DNA of 64,000 nucleotides from Macrostomum lignano (Eukaryota): NCBI GenBank assembly GCA_002269645.1, contig NIVC01000654.1, positions 313,009 to 377,008 of the forward strand, read 5' to 3'. Shown piece by piece: positions 13,998 to 25,862 of this stretch (position 1 is its first letter; each line of letters starts with the position of its first letter). The notes under the pieces were generated by a model. It saw only the letters and a program-made list of their open reading frames with translations, ran no database searches and was not told where the DNA came from. The position numbers and the translations under genes were made by a program.

Positions 13998-14444
13998 TTA
14001 TTCGTCCCAACCAGAATTGTCCTGCCATTCGCCAAGCTGATTAGACACCGCCCCAATCGATAAATCCTGTCTATAGGCTAATTGTTGCTGTTGCATTTGC
14101 TGCTGCTGCATTTGCTGTTGCTGTTTGGGTCCAACGTAGACTTTCCGAGTCTTTGACACGCGCGGTTCTAAATCGCGCAGCAGAAGGTCTTCGGGATTAT
14201 TTGAGACATTAGTAGCGGCGGCGGCAGCAGCTGCAGTAGATGAGGCGACTGTTGTGGGCTCCCCAGAGCCTCCCCAGTCAGACCAGGCTGTGAAACCGTC
14301 ACCGGCTGACGGGTCTAAGCTGGGCGGCTGCTGATGCTGCTGCTGGTGATACATTGGCAGGGGGGTGCCCGACGGCCGCCTCTGCCGCACTATGCTTAGA
14401 AAGCACAGCGCCCGACGGAATAGGGCCAGGAGTACGGCCCACAG
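13998..14444 (-). CDS. EBAG9: EBAG9/RCAS1-like protein (main exon; a short upstream start exon possibly at 15067-15056)
   Basis: Hydrophobic N-terminus LWAVLLALFRRALCFL, then FTAWSDW, DLLLRDLEPRVSKTRKVYV and LGEWQDNSGWDE; these parallel EBAG9 motifs (WTSWD, DYFKDMTPTIRKTQKIVI, ELGDLDTWQE..AWEE). Confidence 0.7.
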   Translation of the reverse strand: MWAVLLALFRRALCFLSIVRQRRPSGTPLPMYHQQQHQQPPSLDPSAGDGFTAWSDWGGSGEPTTVASSTAAAAAAATNVSNNPEDLLLRDLEPRVSKTRKVYVGPKQQQQMQQQQMQQQQLAYRQDLSIGAVSNQLGEWQDNSGWDE

Positions 14445-14486
14445 CTGGCGCAGCAGCGGGGATGGGGAGGTATGGCATACAGATCA

Positions 14487-14521
14487 GTCTGTCTGTCTGT
14501 CTGTCCGTCCGCCTGCCTGCC

Positions 14522-14553
<32 letters not shown>

Positions 14554-14578
14554 CGCCTGCCTGCCTGTCTGTCTATCA

Positions 14579-14628
<50 letters not shown>

Positions 14629-14725
14629 GTCTATCAGTCTGTCTGTCTGTCCGCCTGTCTGTCTGCCTGCCTGTCTGTCTATCAGTCTGTCTGTCTGTCT
14701 GTCTATCTGTCTCTGTCTATCAGCC

Positions 14726-14756
<31 letters not shown>

Positions 14757-14968
14757 GTATCTGTCTGTCTGTCTGTCTCTGTCTGTCTATCTGTCTCTGT
14801 CTGTCTGTCTCTGTCTGTCTGTCTATCTGTCTCTGTCTATCAGTCTGTCTGTCTGTCCGCCTGTCTGTCTGCCTGCCTGTCTGTCTATCAGTCTGTCTGT
14901 CTATCTGTCTCTGTCTGTCTGTCTCTGTCTATCAGCCTGTCTGTCTGTCTGTCTGTCTGTCTGTCTGC
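14487..14968. repeat. (CTGT)n microsatellite
   Basis: Direct reading. Confidence 0.97.
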
Positions 14969-15289
14969 CTATTTTTTATAAAAATTATAAACCTTTTGAA
15001 TTAATAAAAATAGTCTAAAAGCCAACGAAAATGGTTGCAAGTACTGGTAGCCTACACAATTGATCATATAAGTGATTGACTTTATTTTATCGAAACAAAT
15101 CAGACAACACAATTTGCAATTGTCGATAGTAATTTTCGCCGCTGAAAAAAATGCCACATAAAGGGGAACAACAATTTGTAAAATGCAGTGATGCCGATCT
15201 AAATAAGTTGGTACTAAAAATAAGTAAGTGGTTTCTCAGAGCTGATTCAACAGATCCTGTTTCATATTATCGACGGACTGAAGCGCAGC

Positions 15290-15702
15290 AACTTGAGTCT
15301 GGGAGGCTGGCCCAGCAACTGAGGATCTGGGAGGCTGACCCAGGAACTGAGGATCTGGGAGGCTGACCCAGGAACTGAGGATCTGGGAGGCTGACCCAGG
15401 AACTGAGGATCTGGGAGGCTGACCCAGGAACTGAGGATCTGGGAGGCTGGCCCAGGAACTGAGGATCTGGGAGGCTGGCCCAGGAACTGAGGATCTGGGA
15501 GGCTGGCCCAGGAACTGAGGATCTGGGAGGCTGGCCCAGCAACTGAGGATCTGGGAGGCTGGCCCAGCAACTGAGGATCTGGGAGGCTGGCCCAGAAACT
15601 GACACTCTTGGAGGCTGGCCTAGCAACCGAGGATCTGGGAGGCTGGCCCAGCAACTGAGCATCTGGGAGGCTGGCCTAGCAACTGAGGATCTGGGAGGCT
15701 GA
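15290..15702. repeat. 28-bp minisatellite, reverse-oriented member of the 1-510 / 36.3-kb family
   Basis: Unit GGGAGGCTGGCCCAGCAACTGAGGATCT. Confidence 0.95.
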
Positions 15703-15814
15703 CTGTGGCTGTGGCCTAGTAACAGTGTTTGAATAAAGAGTACAAAATGTACTTAGAAGCATCAGATTTTTATGCATAAAAAATCAAATTAGCAAAGCCT
15801 CGAGTTCACTCAGA

Positions 15815-18800
15815 TCATACTCTAGAACACGATTCATCTCTCGCGGTTTCCACCGAAGAAGCTTCCTTAGCAACCGTTGCCAAGTAGGCCTCGTGCTCCC
15901 TACTAAGCTCCACAATATTCATTGGGCAGGTTTTATCACGAAACCTTATCAAAAGTTGGCGACAAAAGTCCGTATTGAGAGTGGCATTGTCAGCCTGTAT
16001 GTCTGGCCAGTTAAGATCCCATTTGGGATTGGCGTAGCGAACGCATTTCAAATAAAGACCATGCGGAGGCGCTGCGTCGTACGGTTTTAAGCCCGTATAA
16101 TCGGAGGGATTGCTGAGCATGTCTTTGAGTTGGTCCAGGGTTACCTGCGGGGTCAAATTAAATATGATAACTGATTAATTATTGCACCAACAATGAACTG
16201 GGACTGTCCGCATCTCTTTGAACTCACCGTGCCCTTGGCAGTCGCCACCAAAGCTCCAGCCATAAATCGAACCTGCTTATAAAGAAAGCTTCTAGCGCCA
16301 AAGTGCAGATCAACACAGCCGGTGAAGCAGTCGCTAGTGAAACTGTTGCAGGCGTGAAGTCGGTCCACGGAAACGGAGTCGTCGACGCAAATTTCTAGTC
16401 GGCGTAGCGGAGTGTAACAGCGGCTGAGGCCCTGCCGGTTTGTCGGAGATGGGGCATACTTATAGCGGATACTAGGCGGATTCTGATTGGATGAAGTGCT
16501 ATGGGGGACGATTCTGATTGGATGGGGTGCTATGGGGGACGATTCTGATTGGATGAAGTGCTATGGGGGACGATTCTGATTGGATGAAGTGCTATGGGGA
16601 CGATTCTGATTGGATGGGGTGCTATCGGGGACGATTCTGATTGGATGGGGTGCTATGAGGGACGATTCTAGTTGGATGAAGTGCTATGGGGACGATTCTG
16701 ATTGGATGAAGTGCTATGGGGACGATTCTGATTGGATGAAGTGCTATGGGGGACGATTCTAGTTGGATGAAGTGCTATGGGGGACGATTCTAGTTGGATG
16801 AAGTGCTATGGGGACGATTCTGATTGGATGAAGTGCTATGGGGGACGATTCTAGTTGGATGAAGTGCTATGGGGGACGATTCTGATTGGATGAAGTGCTA
16901 TGGGGGACGATTCTAGTTGGATGAAGTGCTATGGGGACGATTCTGATTGGATGAAGTGCTATGGGGACGATTCTGATTGGATGAAGTGCTATGGGGACGA
17001 TTCTGATTGGATGAAGTGCTATGGGGACGATTCTGATTGGATGAAGTGCTATGGGGGACGATTCTGATTTGATGGGGTTGCTATGGGGAAGATTCTGATT
17101 GGATGGGGTTGCTTTGGGGGAAGATTCTGATTGGGTGAAGTGCTATGGAGGACGATTCTGATTGGATGGGGTTGCTATGGGGAAGATTCTGATTGGATGG
17201 GGTTGCTATGGGGGAAGATTCTGATCGGATGGGGTTGCTATGGAGACAATTCTAACCGAATCTGGTTGCTAGCGAAGGATAAATAGTATAATTGACGATT
17301 TTGGCTGGATTTTGTTGCTATAGTAACTGAAAAAAGCTCACATTCAAATTAGTAAACGCAGAAAAATCGTGCTCTTCATTCAGCACACCGGCAGCCTGCT
17401 GCAGCAGTTCCAGGGACAGCGGCGGTTCAACTAGCCAACGACTGCTGCCAAGCCAGGCTGCCTCCGGGTGCATCAGGGTGAGCCCCGGCTCGGCTAGCAG
17501 CGCCAATCTATACACGTATTCCCGTCTGGCTACTCCCGTTACTAAGGAGAATTCTCCGCTTGACAATGGCACCGGCCTGATAAGATGAATTCGAATAGAC
17601 TCGCCGGATTGTTTCAACGAAGCGTTAAGCATAAGGCGCAATAATGCGACTGAATAGTCGATAGGTCCGGAATGACGCACGCTGACTGTGTTCATTAGCG
17701 CGTGCACGTCTTTGTCAGTTCGGCTGCTGATGTTTAGCCTGTTGATCCAACGGCTCGGACCCATGAGTTGGATTAGGTGATGGTGCAGAGCTTTGGACAC
17801 GGAGCGAACCTGATGCAGTTTTTTTGTTAGAACAAACAAACAATATTTTAGTGTCAGATGAACCGATTTTTTCAATATAGTGCCTGCACTTTTCTTGTCA
17901 AGTGATTTCTAAGAAATAGAATCTAGCCATTGCAAGCGACAAGCTATTTCTAAGAAACAGCAGCTCTAGCCATTGCAAGCGACAAGCTATTTCCACGAAA
18001 CAGCAGCTCTAGCCATTGCAAGCGACAAGCTATTTCTAAGAAACAGCAGCTCTAGCCATTGCAAGCGACAAGCTATTTCCACGAAACAGCAGCTCTAGCC
18101 ATTGCAAGCGATTTCTAAGAAACAGCCGCTCTAGCCATTGCAAGCGATTTCCAAGAAACAGCAGCTCTAGCCATTGCAAGCGATTTCTAAGAAACAGCAG
18201 CTCTAGCCATTGCAAGCGATTTCTAAGAAACAGCCGCTCTAGCCATTGCAAGTGACAAGCAATTTCTAAGAAACAGCTGCTCTAGCCATTGCAAGCGACA
18301 AGCTATTTCCACGAAACAGCAGCTCTAGCCATTGCAAGCGACAAGCTATTTCCACGAAACAGCAGCTCTAGCCATTGCAAGCGATTTCTAAGAAACAGCC
18401 GCTCTAGCCATTGCAAGCGATTTCCAAGAAACAGCAGCTCTAGCTATTGCAAGCGATTTCTAAGAAACAGCAGCTCTAGCCATTGCAAGCGATTTCTAAG
18501 AAACAGCCGCTCTAGCCATTGCAAGTGACAAGCAATTTCTAAGAAATAGCAGCTCTTGCTATTCCAAGCAACAAGCGATTTTTAAGAAAAAAGTGCTAAC
18601 AGTTAAAAGTTTAATAACTATATCTAGATATTAATACTAAGTCTTAAAAAGAATTAGAGAAAAAAATTGAATATACTACACAAATACACACCTGCCAATC
18701 GGAAGAATGATTTGCAGCACCATTGTATTGGCAGCCATTGTAAGACACATACAGTAATAACTGACTGCGCCCTGCAGTTTTATCACTGGTCAATTGAGCA

Positions 18801-18913
18801 TTGGAACTGCTTCTAGAGGCCAATTTGAAGGTCTGAGGAACTATGGTTCTCCAAGAACAACAACTTGACCAACGAAGTCCCAAACCAATAGGTAGTGCTG
18901 CCAGAAAGATCAC
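15815..18913 (-). CDS. PUSL1: TruA-family tRNA pseudouridine synthase (PUSL1-like); start uncertain
   Basis: Exons ~18900-18697, ~17810-17337, ~16470-16230, ~16143-15815. Motifs LYVSYNGCQYNG, catalytic SSRTDKDVHA, HDFSAF, FLYKQVRFMAGALV and APPHGLYL. Confidence 0.85.
16478..17260. repeat. ~31-bp intronic minisatellite (GACGATTCTGATTGGATGAAGTGCTATGGGG)
   Basis: Direct reading; nearly every unit carries ATTGG. Confidence 0.95.
17925..18580. repeat. 36/44-bp intronic minisatellite (CTCTAGCCATTGCAAGCGATTTCTAAGAAACAGCAG)
   Basis: Direct reading. Confidence 0.93.
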
Positions 18914-19513
18914 AAAAATTTATTTAAAAAAATTTAATTACAAAATAATTGGCTTGCTTATTTCTTTCTTCTGTTATATTATTTTAGACACAAATATCTA
19001 AAATAAGGCATCATTCAAATCCTGTTTTGCAATCAAAGTATAGAACTCAATATAAAATCTATTGTTGGTAAGGTATTCTTCACACTGAATGAAAAAACTT
19101 TGTTAAAAAAAAACTAGGAGTAAAAAGTCTGCTACGAGTATCTAAATGACATTGTTGTAAGAAACAAATTACCTATAATCAGTGTTGGCAAGTTACTCTG
19201 GAAAAGTAACTTCCAGTTAAATAACTTCTAGTTCCAAGGAAAGTAACTTCTGGCACTTGTTCTGGTACCGGTGCTTTTAAAAAAAGTAACTTCCAGTATT
19301 TCCATTACTGGTCCTTTCTAATTTTATAGAACCACCAATTAAAAAGTACTTAAACATTTCTTCATGAAAAAAACAAAAACATGTGTTGGTTTAGAGTTGA
19401 ACATGCTGTTATTCTTCAAATAAAGATTCAACATAGTGTTTTTGTTATTATAGCATCTAAAATTTGAGTGAATAAATAATACCTTTACAAAATGAAGATT
19501 AGCAGTACATGTA

Positions 19514-20320
19514 CAAGGGGTGTTTCAAAAGTAACAAGAATTTTGTTATAACTTTTGATTGGATAAACATTGGATAAACATTGATTGGATTCAACAGTTT
19601 TATACGTGAACAACTAATAGCTTTATAGGCCTATTTTAAGTCTTATATAGCTGCACGTAACTGTAATCATAAATGAAAGTCTATGCCTTGAGATTGAAGA
19701 TTACAAGTTTTGTCTGGCAAAAAGACTCAAAAAGTTTAAAATTGAAAGGCTTTTAAACTTTTGCTACTAAATTTGGCTACTTCTCATAAGGGCCCACTCT
19801 TTTTGCTTTCTATGGGCAAAGTTGCTTGGGTTAGGAATAATCTTGCAGTTTTGAGCTACATAGCAATTCTAGTTAAAGTTGCAATTTCTGACTGATGTGG
19901 CCAAAGAATATTCTGTGAAAGTGGCTCAATTTTTTTTCGACTGAGACCATGGGTGGTCCGAAAATGTTGTGAGTTTTTTTGGGAAGAGGAAATTAACAAA
20001 ACTGGTGCATTGCTGTGAGAAGGGTATCCAGATGAATGGCAGCTTTGTAGAGCTTGCTGAAATTGCTGAAGAAATGAAAAATTGTGCCAGATTTTTGACT
20101 TGATGAACATGTTCAAACTTGGTTACTTTTGCCATAGACAAAAATCATAATTTAAAATTTTGAGGCATGATCTTTCATTTATGATTACACAGTTGCATAC
20201 AACTATATAAGGCTTAAAATAAAGCTATTAGTTGTTCATATGTGTAAAATTGTTAGATGAAAATTTCAAGTTCATACGTTCATCAAAGTTATAACAAAAT
20301 TCTCATTATTTTACCCCTCG
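19514..20320. mobile_element. Tc1/mariner-like non-autonomous element with long degenerate TIRs
   Basis: TA|CAAGGGGTGTTTCAAAAGTAACAAGAATTTTGTTATAAC...GTTATAACAAAATTCTCATTATTTTACCCCTCG|TA; inverted similarity extends about 200 bp; weak transposase-like remnant LWPHQSE on the minus strand. Confidence 0.65.
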
Positions 20321-21765
20321 TACATCAGGACAATACATGCTTATAATTTGCAGAAAAAAATTGGAGGCCAATTTTCAAATGTTAATTCTGACTCTTTAGA
20401 TCAAGTATTATAGAGAAATTTTTGACCAATAGATATGTCACAATGATCAGTGCAAAATACTTTAGGTGACTTTTTGTTTGTGAGGACCATTCTTGTCACC
20501 CTACTACAGTGTATAATATTGTGTTGTAGTTTTACAGCAGCTATACTTTTACAGTTAGTGTAATACTTTTATTTAGAATCAATAATAATATATTCTATCA
20601 GCCTTAGAAATGCTAGTTAATAATTAACAAAACAGATACTGGACAACAAATGGCTAGAATTTGATAGATAGACCAATGCATAAGACTTTAAATAAGTTGA
20701 TTATTACAGTCCTTTAAATTGTGCTGCAATTAGAAAATTATAATAATCCTCAAAGTAGTTAAAATTCAAAACACTCTTAGAATGCATCATTTGTATCATC
20801 TTATACAAACATTGAAATGAAGAAATTGGCCTTCAAAAAATGTTCTGCAAATCACAAAGGTAGCATCCTGATGTACTGCTAGTTATGCTTGTTAGAAAAT
20901 TTGCAAAGAGTTGTTAAACAAGGATGTTTATTGTTTTGAATGTGTCTTATTTCAGCAACAATAGTTACCAATAATTACTTCATTCTATGATTCTACATGT
21001 ATATAATGCTTAAAATGTGCTTTAACTTAAAAAGTAAAAACGACATGATCTAAGATCATCTTTTTTATCTTTGTAAAATTTAGGGGTCGGACGTGATCAC
21101 AATCGTGATCACGATTTCGTGAATTCACAACCATTTTTTTCACGATTGTTATTTCCTTGAAACCCGTTCACGACAGTCATGAATTTTGCTTTATTACATT
21201 TTTATTAGAAGTATAACTAAGAAGTACCTAAGGACCAGACTTATCAAAAAGTAACTTCATTTACTGAAGTCTGGCATTCTAAAAAAACTGAAAAAGTGCT
21301 GCTTTAAAAAAGTAATTTCTGGTACTAAAAGTGCCAGAAGTGCTAGAATTTTGCATAACAATGCCTTTAATATGAAAATTTTAATAAGCAAATCATTTTT
21401 TTAAATACTCATTTTATGATAATTACCTAAATTATTAATACTGTTGCTAAGATTAACGTTAATCCTATAAATGCCTATACTACTGTTTCTAGCCCCTATT
21501 ACAGCCAATGACTATTTGTGTCAAAAAAGTATCAGGCAAAAGGTATTGGCAGAAGACAAGTTATTATATTATACTTTTTGCAGCATTAATTTAGGTTTTG
21601 CAAAAAATGTGTCTAAAGATATGTATAAAAATGTGTTGGTAAAATTTAACTATTATGACACTTTTTTCCAAAACTTTGCAACATTTTAAGTGTTGTAAAA
21701 AGTGTAGGAAGATGTGTCTAAAAATGTGTCAACAAAAGTAAGGCCCTGTATATGGTTGTAATTTT

Positions 21766-22205
21766 GGCAATCCTGAAGATTCCCGTGTTTAATTATTTTA
21801 TGCATTTTTATGCACATTTCAGCCACAGAATTATGGCAGGGTGACTTCTAGCACCCCAGACAATTGAGGGCAGCCTACAATGCACTGGCAAATCACCTGA
21901 CAGTGATCCATTCATTGCATTTCTGTGACCTAAAAGACCTAGATGCTGGCGCAAATACAGTCGAGGGCATGTGGGCCCACTGCAAGGCCAAATTCCGGGC
22001 CATGCACGGGACTTCTGATGCCTTTTTCAGCATATACCTGCAAGAGTTCATGTGGCGCCAGGCCTTCCTGGAACATCAGTTTGGCAATATCTTATACTGG
22101 ATTGGACACTATTACCCGTGCCAGTAGTGTAACACTGACAGACTTTTTTGATTGGATTGCTTTAATTCCATAAAATAATTAAATGCGGGAATCTTTAGGA
22201 TTACC
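21766..22205 (+). mobile_element. Merlin/IS1016-like (IS1595 family) internally deleted transposon
   Basis: TIRs GGCAATCCTGAAGATTCCCG / CGGGAATCTTTAGGATTACC; 8-bp TSD GTAATTTT/ATAATTTT; C-terminal transposase fragment HLTVIHSLHF..NTVEGMW..K..YLQEFMWR. Confidence 0.8.
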
Positions 22206-23339
22206 ATAATTTTTTGTTTTAAGATTCAGACTTTCTTGTTAGATGACTACTTGTTGCAAGTTAGCTTATAGAGCTAAAAAAGTAAAACTAAAATAGTATA
22301 TGTCGTAGGGCTTACTTCTGTCCTCCAACTATCCCACTATTGCCACCAAAGTTGTCGCAGGGCTGTTTTACCTCCTACTCTATCAATTTTAATCCCAACC
22401 ACTGATACCAAGTTGTGCTAGGTTTTCAATTTTCCTCTGCTGATTCTGCCTTTGGTATCTCTAACTGTTTCTTAGAATTTCATTTAAATATACTGGTAGC
22501 GTCTTATATATTAATCTGGTAGCATTCTTAGTATATTAGTCTGGTAGCGTTCTTAGTATATGGTCTGGTAGCGTTCTTAGTATATGGCCTGAGCGGTCTT
22601 ACTGGTTTATGTACTTTCTCTCTCCAGTCTGGGCGTTACTGAGATTAGAGGGTCACAGCGATTACTCTTGGTATTACTCTTTGCATGAATCCCAATTGCA
22701 ACCTCCAACCTTCTTTACAATACTTTTAGAAATGAACAATGATCTGAGAACGATTTATAGAACACGTTTTGAGCTTATAGCTATTGAACGAGTGTTGTCT
22801 TTTCTTGCCTACAATTCTCTTCCTTTTATACTAGTTGATCGCGTGTATTTTAGACAAATTGTTACAAGTTGAAAATATTTTGAGTATTAAAACAACGAAT
22901 ATAAATTTTGCGCTAATTTGAAAAACGAGTTTATAAGAAACAAAAGGTACCGCTATTACAACCTTCCTCCTCTTAAACTAAATTTCAAACGAATAAAATG
23001 CAGTGAGAAATTTATAAAACTGTCATAGCCACAATAGTACATTTAGTGTAAGCAAATGCAAATAGATCATATGAAAACAAATCACACTAGAAAATGGTTC
23101 AATGCAAACAAGATATATAGTATTATCAAGGCAGAAGTAAAGATGCGAGCACATATTAAAGTCAATTGGTATACTAGCATTAGGCAAAATTGTAAAAGTT
23201 TATCAACATATTTAGGCTAAGAGTGCAAAAAGTGTGCTAAAGAACAATAAAGCATGGTGCATAAAACATGGTGCAAAAAATAAGGCTTGATATAGTAAAA
23301 GTGGCAACCTATGATCAGTTTAAAGTCAATAGTTCATAC

Positions 23340-24185
23340 TTAGAATTCACAGTACTGAGGTAGCTCCCTGTAGAACGGCCAGCCGATCTGCGCGAAGCAC
23401 CAGCGCAACTCGATGTTCAGCAGCTGGCGCTGTGCTGGTCGGGTGTCGCTCCGAAGGGTCTGCTGCAGCCGTTCAGCGACCTCCTGGAGCAGCGCCACTG
23501 CCTCCAGGTGGGTGAACTGTTCGCGCAGGACTCGCAAATGTGGCCAGATCTGAGATCTCTGCGGAAGAGCTTCGTCGAGTCTTAGAAAGGCGATTTTCAT
23601 CAAGTACTGATGGATGCCGTGGCGCGGGCGTTCCACCTTGGCGCCTCTGGCCTCTATCAGTTGGCGGACTACAGCTCGGTGGTCTTGAGGCGGGCCTTGC
23701 TGTGGTGGACGCGCAGGAGCATTCGGGCGGGATGGCCGAGATCTTCTCCCAGAAGGCGGCGCCTCCGCAGGAATTGCCATCTGAACAGAGCGGCCGCAAG
23801 CGCCTCCAGCTCGAATCACGCACGACTTGACCGCGGTGGCCGCCTGGCGTTCCAGCAGGGCGGCCCTCTTCCTTTCCGGCCCATTGTCCTGACTGGCGGC
23901 AGGTGCTGGCGAGCTCGGTCTCTGCCGCTTCGAATCTCCACCAGGGGGTTTCGGTCGAGTCGACTGTCTCAACGGAGCCTCGATCTCCTGGCGCTCTCGC
24001 TGCTCTTGCCTCTCGCGTTCTTCTCGCTCTTGCCTCTTGCGTTCTTCTCGCTCTTGCCTCTCGCGTTCTTCTCGCTCTCGCCTCTCGCGTTCCTCTCGAT
24101 CTTCTTGCTGTTGTTGCTCCGGTTGCTGCTTGTCACTCTCTAGCAGAGCTTGAAGAAATGAATCAATATCGTCGTTGTTGTCCAT
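23340..24185 (-). CDS. Orphan 281-aa accessory ORF inside the LTR element (E/R-rich helix, P-rich linker, helical C-terminus)
   Basis: Uninterrupted GC-rich ORF with TATAAATA at 24296-24289 upstream; no recognisable env signal peptide or TM segment. Confidence 0.6.
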   Translation of the reverse strand: MDNNDDIDSFLQALLESDKQQPEQQQQEDREERERREREERERQEREERKRQEREERERQEQRERQEIEAPLRQSTRPKPPGGDSKRQRPSSPAPAASQDNGPERKRAALLERQAATAVKSCVIRAGGACGRSVQMAIPAEAPPSGRRSRPSRPNAPARPPQQGPPQDHRAVVRQLIEARGAKVERPRHGIHQYLMKIAFLRLDEALPQRSQIWPHLRVLREQFTHLEAVALLQEVAERLQQTLRSDTRPAQRQLLNIELRWCFAQIGWPFYRELPQYCEF

Positions 24186-24622
24186 TACGATTTCTTCGCA
24201 CAATTCTCTGTATAAGTCTTTGCAGGGGTCTCGGAACTGTTCTTCGGATGTGTGAACTATGGGAGCCTGCTAGCGGTCAGGGAGTTTGTATTTATAGGCT
24301 AGCGGCTGAAAAGCTGGACCGCATCATTGTGTTCCACGCGGGCCTCGAGTGGGGGGTTGCTCGGGTTGGCAGATTTGACACTTCGATTTTTATAGATTTT
24401 CTTTAAATTTTTATAACTTTTTTTATTTTTCGAGATTTTTTCTTGAGTAATATGTCATATGAAAGCTTACATTTAGCAGAATAATATGATGTTTTCAGAT
24501 TTGTTCTATGTACAACATGTCAACTTTTATAGGCAAATAACAATTACTAATATGAAATTTTAACTAATTTACACTGGTTTCAATGGCAATTCGCTGACAT
24601 CATTAGCCTATTGTTCCAAATA

Positions 24623-25862
24623 TCACGCGTAGCGCCTTTGGGGCACAAATCCGTTCACACCTTCTCCTTGCTGAGTCACTCTATTGCCTCGTGGTCTCAG
24701 ATTATACCTTTCTACTGGCTGAGCTTCCTCCTCTAACTCTATTGCTCCTTCCTCTTCTGATAGCTCATTTGAGTCAGTCGCTCTCTCTGTATTTTCACTG
24801 TTCAGTTCTTCATTTCCTTCGTTTTCACTCTGCGAATTCGGATCTGCAAACACTTTCCATTGAATTCTGTCTTTTTCGTCTGAGCTTTCCTCCTCTAAAA
24901 TTTGAACTTCTGGATTTTTATTAACTTCCTTTCGTCTATGGCAAATTCTTTTCTTTGGCTTTGGCTGTTCCTTCTTATTAGTTTGTACTATTGCTGGTTC
25001 TAAATTATTAATAATCATAGAAATAAAGACTTTCCGTGACAATATTTGCGTTCTCCGGGATTTTATTTGGTAATATTCAATAAAATCCCATAAAGTCTTT
25101 ATGTCTATGGTTTATACGAGATTACACATGCCTTTTTCGGGAGTTATTTTCATAAATCCCTCGGGCCTCAGGCCCTCGTGATTTATACAAATAACTCCCT
25201 CAAAAGGCATGTTTAATCTGATACTTAATTTATTTGGATTAATTTCGGATTTCGGCACTGGAGTCAGATTATTTCTATGTCTCTTCGAACAACTTTGCAA
25301 ATTCTCACAGCTTCTCCTCGAAATCTCATCTTCATTTTATCTCATCTCAACTCAACAACTTCTCGACTCAATATCTCGACTTGACCCTGACCTCTCAAAA
25401 GCTTCTCTGCTGAACTCATGCCAGCTACAGCTCTACTGTCACGGGTCCTACAACTCTTAACTCTCAAATCTCCTTTCACTGTTTCAGCTTGGCCTCGTCA
25501 GTAGAATCATAGAGATTCTGTATTAATCTGCTCTTTAGGCCTTACTGCCCTTCCTCTCCTTACATGGCCTGACTCTCTGAACCTTTCTTGGCTCTTCTGA
25601 AAGCGTCATCGGCCTCTTCTTTCTGCCTTTGGCCAATCCGCAATTGGTTAGCATGCGTAGCTGTCCGCGCATCATGCCAATCTCTGCAATCCAATCTTTT
25701 TGACAATTCTCTTCGCACAATTTTGCACAATTCTCTTAGTATCAACTTCTCGTCAACTTCTCTGAGTAAAAATAATCTTTCTTCAATGTTTTCAGTCCGA
25801 AATTGCAGTTCCCTGGCTTTCCTAAGGCTTAAATTCCCGTAAAACGGCCCTTTTAAGGTCAA
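24623..25862 (-). pseudogene. Decayed pol C-terminal remnant
   Basis: Broken ORFs; acidic tail ending in RYNLRPR, a motif common at retroelement pol/integrase C-termini; interrupted by a hairpin MITE. Confidence 0.4.
25119..25219. mobile_element. ~100-bp near-perfect palindrome (MITE-like) inside the LTR element
   Basis: ACATGCCTTTTTCGGGAGTTATTTTCATAAATC..GGGCCTCAGGCCC..GATTTATACAAATAACTCCCTCAAAAGGCATGT. Confidence 0.7.

Noticed and set aside
19190-21345. Repeated AAAGTAACTTC motif at ~19.2-19.3 kb and ~21.25-21.3 kb
   Set aside because: Probably remnants of an older TE; I could not define termini or TSD.
22609-22872. 87-aa ORF duplicated at 27089-27337
   Set aside because: Incidental ORF within the two LTR copies.
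23473-24406. Several overlapping ORFs on both strands around the accessory ORF
   Set aside because: Shadow frames of one GC-rich coding sequence.
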